From Candidatus Methylomirabilota bacterium (GTDB lineage Bacteria > Methylomirabilota > Methylomirabilia > Rokubacteriales > CSP1-6): a DNA stretch of 22,525 bases. The stretch is from contig JBKPAK010000172.1 of NCBI GenBank assembly GCA_046726415.1, positions 1 through 22,525 on the forward strand. Reading direction: 5' to 3'. The position numbers and the translations under genes are program-made. Shown here piece after piece: positions 15,896-22,525 of the stretch (positions are counted from its first letter, which is position 1; each line of letters starts with the position of its first letter). A model generated the notes under the pieces. The model searched no databases and was not told where the DNA came from. It saw only the letters and a program-made list of their open reading frames with translations.

Positions 15896-17146
15896 ATGGA
15901 GCTGATCGTCCGGAACGCGAGGTTGCGGGGTCAGGCCGAAGCGCGTGACATCGCGATCGACGCGGGGACGGTCGCGGCGGTCGAACCGGCGATCGCCGCT
16001 CGCGGCGAACGGGAGATCGACGCCACTGGCGGTCTGGTGACGCCGCCGCTGGTCAACCCCCACGTCCATCTCGACAAGTGCCGTCTGGGCGAGGTCATGC
16101 GCCCGAACCTGTCGCAGACGCTCCAGGAGGCCATCGAGATCACGTGGGACTGGAAGCGCCGCTACACCGAGAAGGACATCGGCGAGCGTGCGGGAGCGGT
16201 GGTCGAGATGGCCGTGCGCGAGGGCACCCTGGCCCTCCGCGCCTTTGCCGACGTCGATACGATCGGTGGGCTCACGCCGGTGAAGGGCCTGCTCGCCATC
16301 AAAGCGCGGTACCGCGACCTCCTGCGGTTCGAAGTGGTGGCCTTCCCGCAGGAGGGAATTCTTCGCGACCCCGGCACCGCTGACCTTCTGCGCGACGCCA
16401 TGGCGCTGGGGGCCGACGTGGCGGGCGGCCTGCCGTGGTACGAGATGACCGACGAGGACGCCCGTCGGCACATCGACGTCGTGTTCGCCATCGCGCGCGA
16501 GCACGACGCCGATGTCCACATGCTGGTCGACGACACGGACGATCCCAACTCCCGCAGCCTCGAGTACTTGGCCGTCAAGACCCTGCGCGAGGGCTGGGGC
16601 GGCCGGGTGAGCGCCAGCCACTGTGGCGCCCTCGCGGCGTACAATGCGCCCTACGCGGCCAAGGTCATCGGGCTCGTGAAGGAGGCCGGTGTTTCCATCG
16701 TCAGCAACCCGCACATCAGTCTCGTGCTGGCCGGGCGCCGCGACGCCGAGCCCGTGCGGCGCGGCATCACGCGCGTCCGCGAACTGCTCGCGGCCGGCGT
16801 GAACGTGGCTTCCGGGCAGGACGACGTCGATGACCCGTACTATCCGTTCGGACGCGCGAGCCAGCTGGAGGTCGCGCTGTTCATGGCTCACACGGCGCAC
16901 CTCACGTATCCCGCCGAGATCGAGACCGTGTTTGATATGGTGACGGTCAACGCCGCCCGGGCCATGCGCCTGCCGCGCTACGGCGTGGGCCCCGGCGACA
17001 GCGGTGACCTCCTCGTGTGGGATGCGGCCACGGTCAAAGAGATCCTCACTCGCCAGCGCCCGCCCGCCTGGGTGGTGAAGGATGGCCGCGTCGTCGCCCG
17101 CAGCACGGTCGTGAGCGAGCTGACGAGCGAGGCTCGCCGCGGATGA
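15896..17146 (+). CDS. Amidohydrolase-family deaminase, cytosine deaminase (CodA)-like, 416 aa
   Basis: GAGGAG RBS; IDATGGLVTPPLVNPHVHLDK, VVAFPQEG, VSASHC, GITRVREL, GQDDVDDPYYPFG, TVNAARAM and VVKDGRVVA. Confidence 0.88.
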   Translation: MELIVRNARLRGQAEARDIAIDAGTVAAVEPAIAARGEREIDATGGLVTPPLVNPHVHLDKCRLGEVMRPNLSQTLQEAIEITWDWKRRYTEKDIGERAGAVVEMAVREGTLALRAFADVDTIGGLTPVKGLLAIKARYRDLLRFEVVAFPQEGILRDPGTADLLRDAMALGADVAGGLPWYEMTDEDARRHIDVVFAIAREHDADVHMLVDDTDDPNSRSLEYLAVKTLREGWGGRVSASHCGALAAYNAPYAAKVIGLVKEAGVSIVSNPHISLVLAGRRDAEPVRRGITRVRELLAAGVNVASGQDDVDDPYYPFGRASQLEVALFMAHTAHLTYPAEIETVFDMVTVNAARAMRLPRYGVGPGDSGDLLVWDAATVKEILTRQRPPAWVVKDGRVVARSTVVSELTSEARRG

Positions 17147-17218
17147 ACGGGCGTGCCGTGCCCGACCTGTCCGTGATCATCGGCGAGACTGGGGCATCCC
17201 TGGTCCGGACATGGTCCG

Positions 17219-17503
17219 ATGCGGCGGAAGGAAGACCACGGACTGCTCACTGGACGCGGCCAATATGCGGCAGCGGTGGTGCAGATCCTGGAGGAGACCC
17301 TATCCTGCTGAATCCACTCGGTGTCAAGGGCGTGGACGAGGGCGGCAGCTCTGGATGCGGTGCGGCGACCGGCAACGCCGTGGCCGATGCGCTGGCGCCC
17401 TCGGCGTCGAGATCAGGGCGCTGCCGCTATCCCCCCCGACCGGCGGCGTGCGCTGATCCAGGCCGCCGGCCGCGAACATTCTCGATCCGGAGGAACGCGA
17501 TGA
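17219..17503 (+). pseudogene. Internally deleted xanthine dehydrogenase/CoxL-family molybdopterin-binding subunit pseudogene
   Basis: The N-terminal motif RRKEDHGLLTGRGQY (17219-17266) is joined almost directly to the C-terminal motif LNPLGVKGVDEGG...NAVADALAP / GVEIRALPLSP / DRRRALI, with frameshifts. Its last stop overlaps the ATG of the next gene. Confidence 0.8.
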
Positions 17504-18480
17504 CAGGAGGGCGTGGCTCGGCCCTGTCGGCGCTGGCCGTCGCCGCCACGTTTGCAATGGCGGTGGCGACGATCTCCGCCCAGGAACCCGTCAAGTTGAA
17601 GGTCGGCAACCTCGGCTTCCCCTCGCACTCGGCCATGATCATCAACGTGCTCAAGGAGAAGGGTTTCGATCGCAAGCACGGCGTCGACATGGAGGTGAAG
17701 GCGTATGGCGCGGTCAGCGCATACTACGGTTCCGTCGCCTCCGGCGAGACGGACGGCGTCCCCGGCGGGCCCCTCGTGTTCCAGCGGATGCGGCTCGAGG
17801 GCGTGCCGCTCAAGATCGTGAGCACCCTCGTCGACATGACCTCGATGTCCGTCGTCACGAAGGATCCGTCGATCCGATCGTTCACCGACCTTAAGGGCAA
17901 GACGATCGCCGCCGACATGGCGTCGTCCGAGTACGCCGTGCTCAGCGTGTACGCCAAGAACAAGGGTCTCGCCCTCGGTCGCGACGTGACCGTGGTCCAG
18001 GCCGGTCCCCCGCTCGTCCGCACCCAGCTGGCCGCCGACCGGGTCGACGCGGGCATGACGTGGGAACCGACGGCCACCATGACCATGCGCGACAACGCGA
18101 ACTATCGCATCGTGTTCAGCGGGAAGGAGGCCTGGCGCGAGATCACCGGAAAGGACGGCTGGCTTTTGGCCCTCGGTCTGCGCGAGGACTGGATCGCGAA
18201 GAATGCGGCAGCCCTGCCGCGCGTCATCGCCGCCTTCGACGAGGCGGCGCGGTTCATGCGCGCGAACCCCGACGAGTGCGACCGCATCCTCCAGCAGGCC
18301 ATCAAGCTGCCGCCCGGGGCGTTCAAGGACATGATCACGGCGCCCCGCGTGGTGTTCCGGGTGGTTTCCACCAGCGACCCGTCAGCCCGCGAGACCTTGT
18401 GGGAAGTCATCAAGGTCGCCATCGGCGAGGGCTACTTCAAGGAGCCGCCGCGCGATCAGTCGGTGATCCACGTGCCGTGA
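17500..18480 (+). CDS. ABC transporter substrate-binding protein, NitT/TauT (SsuA/TauA-like) family, 326 aa
   Basis: GGAGGA RBS before ATG 17500 and a signal peptide ending ...ATISA. Motifs GFDRKHGVDMEV, SIRSFTDLKGKTIA and VDAGMTWEP. Confidence 0.9.
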   Translation: MTGGRGSALSALAVAATFAMAVATISAQEPVKLKVGNLGFPSHSAMIINVLKEKGFDRKHGVDMEVKAYGAVSAYYGSVASGETDGVPGGPLVFQRMRLEGVPLKIVSTLVDMTSMSVVTKDPSIRSFTDLKGKTIAADMASSEYAVLSVYAKNKGLALGRDVTVVQAGPPLVRTQLAADRVDAGMTWEPTATMTMRDNANYRIVFSGKEAWREITGKDGWLLALGLREDWIAKNAAALPRVIAAFDEAARFMRANPDECDRILQQAIKLPPGAFKDMITAPRVVFRVVSTSDPSARETLWEVIKVAIGEGYFKEPPRDQSVIHVP

Positions 18481-18534
18481 GCCGGGCCGGCGCCGATGAC
18501 CGCCGAGAGGCGGGTCCGGAGCGGCTGACCGCCG

Positions 18535-19323
18535 ATGGCTGACCGCCTCGAGCGACCGGGCGAGGCCGTCGAGGCCAGCGACGCCACCCTCGGCGGGCGC
18601 TGGCCGAAGGAGACCATTGTCTCGCTGGCGGCCTTCGCCGTGCTCTGGCAGCTCGCCTCCATGGTCTTGCCGCCGTTCGTGGCCCCGAGCTGGGTTCGCA
18701 TCGGCAAGAGCCTGCTCGACATTGCGACGCGCCCCGAATTCATCGCCGTCACTGTGGGCCGGGTGGCCGCCGCGCTCGTGATCTCGTTCGCCCTCGGCAT
18801 GATCCTCGCCATGGCCATGTACTGGTGGCGCCACCTCGAGCGCTACCTCATGCCGCTCATCAAGCTGCTCATGGCGGTGCCGGTGCTGTGCTGGATCCTC
18901 TTCGCCGTGCTGTGGTTCAAGGTGCGCGAGGTGCGGATCGCGTTCATCCTGGTCGTCGTGTGCGCTCCCATCTTCGTGATCGACGTGCTCGACGGCATGC
19001 ACGGGGTGAGCAAGGAGCTGCGCGACATGGTGCGCGCACTCCGGCCGACGGCCCGTCAGTTCTTCACCAAGCTCGTCGTGCCGGCCACGGTCCCGGCCAT
19101 CCTCACGAGCTGGAAGGTCAACCTGAGCCTGTCCATCCGCGTGGTGACAATGGCGGAACTGGTGGGGGCGACATCGGGAATCGGCTACGCCCTCATGCAG
19201 GCCAACGAGACGTTCTCGGTGGCCGACGTGTTTGCGTGGACGGTGGTACTGGTGCTGATCCTGATGGCCGCCAACATCGCGGTGACCCGCCTGGAGCGGC
19301 GGTTGCTGGTCTGGCGCGAATGA
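18535..19323 (+). CDS. ABC transporter permease, NitT/TauT (SsuC/TauC-like) family
   Basis: Hydrophobic helices; LWQL, T.GRV, VP.LCW, PATVPAIL and AELVGATSGIGY. Confidence 0.92.
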   Translation: MADRLERPGEAVEASDATLGGRWPKETIVSLAAFAVLWQLASMVLPPFVAPSWVRIGKSLLDIATRPEFIAVTVGRVAAALVISFALGMILAMAMYWWRHLERYLMPLIKLLMAVPVLCWILFAVLWFKVREVRIAFILVVVCAPIFVIDVLDGMHGVSKELRDMVRALRPTARQFFTKLVVPATVPAILTSWKVNLSLSIRVVTMAELVGATSGIGYALMQANETFSVADVFAWTVVLVLILMAANIAVTRLERRLLVWRE

Positions 19324-20168
19324 CGGCGCCTGTCACCGGACGGGCGGGGAAGGGCTCACCCGACGCCGGGTCGACCGCCGACAGCGACATCGACGTGCGC
19401 GGCCTGCGCAAGGTCTTTCGCCACAAGGGGTCTCGGGCGGCGGTGGTGGCCATCGAGCGCCTGAGCTTCACCATCCGGCGCGGGGAGATCGTCGCTATCG
19501 TCGGCACCACTGGCTGCGGCAAGTCGACGTTCTTCAACATCCTGATCGGCCTCGATCAGCCCACCGAGGGCCGCATCGAGATCGGCGGCCGCACGCCCTA
19601 CGGCGACTTCGCCGCGTTTCGGGGCCGCATAGCCATCATTTTCCAGCAGGACCGTCTGCTGCCCTGGCGCTCGCTGATCGACAACGTCACCCTGGGACTC
19701 GAGATCATGGGGATCGAGGCCGCCGAGCGGCGCCAGCGCGCCGAGCGGTGGCTGTCGCGCCTGGGCCTCGAGCGGTTCCTGGGCGCCTTCCCGAACGAGC
19801 TGTCAGGTGGAATGCGCCAGCGGGCGGCCCTCGCCCGGGCGTTCGCGGTGAACCCCGAGATCCTGCTGGCCGACGAGGCGTTTGGCCATCTCGACGAGGT
19901 CACGGCCCGGGAGATCCGGAGCCAGTTCTTCGAGATGGTGCGCGCCGAAGGGAAGACGGCCATCCTCGTCACCCACCAGCTGGAGGAGGCCATCGACACG
20001 AGCGACCGGCTTCTCGTGTTCGGCCGCCCCGCCACGCTGCTCGCTGACCTGCGCCTGAAGAGCTGGCCGACCGACGAGCTGGCCGGGCTGCGCGCGCGCA
20101 TCCAGCGGATGCTGCAGACCAACGAAGCCCATCCCGACGTTCTGGCCACCGCCAAGGAGGCGCGATGA
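19320..20168 (+). CDS. ABC transporter ATP-binding protein, NitT/TauT (SsuB/TauB-like) family
   Basis: Walker A GTTGCGKST, FQ.DRLLPWRS, signature LSGGMRQR, Walker B ILLADE and H-loop LVTH. ATG 19320 overlaps the permease stop. Confidence 0.95.
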   Translation: MTAPVTGRAGKGSPDAGSTADSDIDVRGLRKVFRHKGSRAAVVAIERLSFTIRRGEIVAIVGTTGCGKSTFFNILIGLDQPTEGRIEIGGRTPYGDFAAFRGRIAIIFQQDRLLPWRSLIDNVTLGLEIMGIEAAERRQRAERWLSRLGLERFLGAFPNELSGGMRQRAALARAFAVNPEILLADEAFGHLDEVTAREIRSQFFEMVRAEGKTAILVTHQLEEAIDTSDRLLVFGRPATLLADLRLKSWPTDELAGLRARIQRMLQTNEAHPDVLATAKEAR

Positions 20169-20262
20169 CCGCTCCGCGCTCCCGCCGAGGAGTCGGAATG
20201 ACGCTGCCTCGCTCGCGCCAAGGACTCGTCGTCACGCTGTTCGCCGCTGCCAAGGAGTTGCC

Positions 20263-21546
20263 ATGAAGCTCGATAGCGCCGCCCAGAGAGTCTTCGACCA
20301 CATCGACGTCGACGAGCTGGTGAAGGTCGCCCTCGATCTCGGCAACATCGACAGCCCCACCGGCAGCGAGGGACCGGTGGCGGACTACGTGTACGACTGG
20401 CTCATCCGCCAGGGTATCGCTGCCCGCAAGGTCGCCCTCGTGCCGGACCGCCCGAACGTCGTCGGCGTGGTGCCCGGCACCAGCCACGGCCGCAGCCTCG
20501 TCTTCAACAGCCACATGGACACGACGATCCACAAGGACGAGTGGTGGACGACCCGGCGCGCGGCCGATCCCATCTTCCATTCGGCGTGGCGGGACGGCGA
20601 CGCCTTGGTGGGCAACGGCGTGTGCAACGACAAGGGCCCCATGGCCACCTGGCTCCTCGCCGCCAAGGCGATCGTCGACAGCGGCATCATCTTCAAGGGC
20701 GATCTCGTGCTGATGGCGGTGGTGGGCGAGATCGGCGTGGAGCCGGTCGACGAGTTCCAACCGCCGGCCTATCTGGCCAAGGAGCCCGGCACGCGCTACG
20801 CCATCACCCGCGGCGGCGTCGCCGACTTCGCGCTGGTGGCGGAGGGAACCGACTTCGGCATCGTCGGAGTCGAGGCGGGCAAGGCGTTCTTCAAGCTGAC
20901 GGTGTTCGGCGACGACGCGCCCATCTACACGCCCTACATCAACCGCCCCACCGCCATCGAGCAGAACCCCAACGCCATCCTCCGCATGGCCGCGCTGCTG
21001 CCGCGGCTGGAGGAATGGGCGTACAATTACGAGCGCACGCACCGCTACGAGGGGCCGGGCGGCGTGATCGTGCCGCGGGTGAACGTGGGGGCCATCCGTG
21101 GCGGGGTGCCCTACAAGATCACCAAGACCGTCCAGCAGTGCGCCATCTACGTCGACGTGCGGACCACGCCCGTGCAGAACCCGCTCGATCTCCGCGAGGA
21201 TCTGCGGCGGCTCGTGAGGGGTGCCGGGCTGTCCGGCGAGGTGGAACTTTACACCTACCGCCCGGCGTTCGAGATCGATCCGCGACGGGCGGAGCCGCTG
21301 GTGGGCGCCATCACCCGGGCGCACGAGGCGGTGATGGGCGGGAGTCCCAAGCCGGCGGCGCCGCCCTTCTCCAGCATGTGGCGCGACATCAACTGCTTCA
21401 ACGAGATGCGGATTCCGGCCGTAACCTACGGGCCGGGGGTGAGCGTGGGCGGCGGGCAGTTCGTCATGCCGATCTCCGCCCTCGTCACCGGCACTCGTCT
21501 GTACGCGCTGACGGCGCTCGACCTCTGCAACCAGGATCGTTCGTGA
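20263..21546 (+). CDS. M20/M25/M40 family metallohydrolase (ArgE/DapE-like), atypical active site, 427 aa
   Basis: SPTGSE, RPNVVG, LVFNSHMDT, GNGVCNDKG, VVGEIG, AEGT, NVGAIRGG and IPAVTYGPG; AAGGAG RBS. Confidence 0.88.
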   Translation: MKLDSAAQRVFDHIDVDELVKVALDLGNIDSPTGSEGPVADYVYDWLIRQGIAARKVALVPDRPNVVGVVPGTSHGRSLVFNSHMDTTIHKDEWWTTRRAADPIFHSAWRDGDALVGNGVCNDKGPMATWLLAAKAIVDSGIIFKGDLVLMAVVGEIGVEPVDEFQPPAYLAKEPGTRYAITRGGVADFALVAEGTDFGIVGVEAGKAFFKLTVFGDDAPIYTPYINRPTAIEQNPNAILRMAALLPRLEEWAYNYERTHRYEGPGGVIVPRVNVGAIRGGVPYKITKTVQQCAIYVDVRTTPVQNPLDLREDLRRLVRGAGLSGEVELYTYRPAFEIDPRRAEPLVGAITRAHEAVMGGSPKPAAPPFSSMWRDINCFNEMRIPAVTYGPGVSVGGGQFVMPISALVTGTRLYALTALDLCNQDRS

Positions 21547-21779
21547 CCGTTGGCGTCACCGCGCTTCTGGCCGCGGGAACTCTCCGCCAGGCGCTCGAAG
21601 GGCCAGCGGCGGGCGCAAGCGATAGCGACAGAGATGCTCGCGGTCGGCGCGGGCGTGGGCGGGCAGGGCGACGCTGGCGTGCAGGGAAAAGCCCTGCCGA
21701 CGGGCCCAGCGCGGCTTCTGGGCGTCCGCCACTGCGGCGGCGGAGCGGAGGCGACGGACCGGCTGCTCGGCGAAGGACG

Positions 21780-22130
21780 CGCTGAAATCGTCCGCTTCTC
21801 GTTCTCGTGGTGTCCCAGAAGGAAATGTGCGATCTCGTGAGCGACGGTGTCAACGGCACGTCCGGCTGGATCAGTCAGCATCTCCGGATTCAAGTAGCGC
21901 CCCGGGATCGTGGGTCGTGAGACGGGTAGCTCGGGCGAAGAGTCGGAGAGCGCGTTCTCTCGCGTGATACAGAGAACGATCACCTTGATATCGAGGAACA
22001 CCTTCGCGCCGGTGGGGGATGGCCGAGACGATCTCGAGGAAGGCTCCAGTAGAGGGTTCCGACGGGCCCTCTGATCGCTCCCCCAGCGCAAGTTTTCTTG
22101 CGGGAGCGCGCGTCGTGCATAGTCCATCAC
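21780..22130 (-). pseudogene. Decayed HExxH metallopeptidase-like (ImmA/IrrE-like) fragment
   Basis: YLNPEML...AVDTVAHEIAHFLLGH, with HEIAH at 21825-21839. The rest of the ORF is low-complexity and runs into the convergent M20 gene. Boundaries are approximate. Confidence 0.45.
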
Positions 22131-22300
22131 TCCAGCAGCTACGTCACCCGCACCGCGAGGATCTTGGCCAGTTTCGCAAGAGTGTTGGGCTTGGGATCAT
22201 GCTTCGGTTTCAATCCTGCCCCCCGCTCCACGCAGGTCAAGCGCCTGAGGAGCGTCGCCTCGGCCGAAAGGCCCCGTGCGGTTCCTGTCCTTCGCCCTAT
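22128..22300 (-). pseudogene. Decayed XRE-family HTH regulator fragment
   Basis: IGRR..TARGLS...IET/KHDPKPNTLAKLAKILAVRVT*LLE resembles an XRE HTH, with a frameshift and an internal stop. Confidence 0.5.
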
Positions 22301-22392
22301 CGCGTGGGCCGGGCGAAATTTGCGAATAACCCCACCATCGAGACGCGCTGAATACTCGCGCGCGGCATGGAGACGATCGCCCGCGGCAAGGC

Positions 22393-22524
22393 TCAGATGA
22401 TGTCCTGGGCTTTGAGATCCTCCAGGTCGCGCGCGCTCAAGCCCAGCCACTCGGCATAGATCGGGGCATTGTGCTCGCCGAGCAGCGGTGAGCGGTCCAC
22501 CGCGACGTGCGATTCGGACATCTT
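22393..22524 (-). CDS. Class III CoA-transferase (CaiB/BaiF, formyl-CoA transferase-like), C-terminal end (5' part outside window)
   Basis: KMSESHVAVDRSPLLGEHNAPIYAEWLGLSARDLEDLKAQDII* is a typical CoA-transferase III C-terminus (PLLGEH...LGL....L....II). Not in the ORF track. Confidence 0.85.
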   Translation of the reverse strand, partial: KMSESHVAVDRSPLLGEHNAPIYAEWLGLSARDLEDLKAQDII

Positions 22525-22525
22525 C

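Noticed and set aside
17017-17499. N-terminal extension of the NitT/TauT binding protein
   Set aside because: It overlaps the deaminase gene and the molybdopterin pseudogene. The RBS and signal peptide indicate a start at 17500.
18825-19319. N-terminal extension of the ABC ATPase
   Set aside because: Shadow frame of the permease; the coupled start is at 19320.
1-22525. CRISPR arrays, rRNA, riboswitches, and the many long antisense or overlapping ORFs
   Set aside because: No regularly spaced repeats or recognisable structured RNA genes were seen. Antisense ORFs are expected shadows of high-GC coding sequence.

Overview
GC-rich bacterial window in two parts. The left part (1-~7900) is a mosaic accessory region. 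It holds the 3' end of an rve-type integrase/transposase, a large secreted alpha/beta-hydrolase-domain gene, an IS91-like transposase remnant, and two tRNA 3' fragments. One of these, tRNA-Thr(CGT), is flanked on both sides by paired GCTACC repeats and looks like an intact attP. A convergent GT-C/GT2 glycosyltransferase pair and decayed gene fragments complete this part. The right part (7969-21546) is a catabolic region. First comes an operon with a Dpp/Opp-type ABC binding protein, two permeases, a glycine/sarcosine/betaine reductase component B alpha/beta subunit, and a selenoprotein B (GrdB family). The ORF track splits the selenoprotein at an in-frame UGA (Sec349, 13696-13698), which is followed by a SECIS-like hairpin. 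No grdA/grdC/grdD/thioredoxin genes are in the window. Next is a divergent unit around a sigma70 promoter with a palindromic operator: a cyclase-family hydrolase on the minus strand, and on the plus strand a DUF1989 protein, a cytosine-deaminase-like amidohydrolase, a collapsed molybdopterin oxidoreductase pseudogene, a NitT/TauT ABC transporter and an atypical M20 metallohydrolase. The window ends with a decayed XRE/HExxH module and the C-terminus of a class III CoA-transferase. All calls are from motif recognition by eye; no database searches were run.
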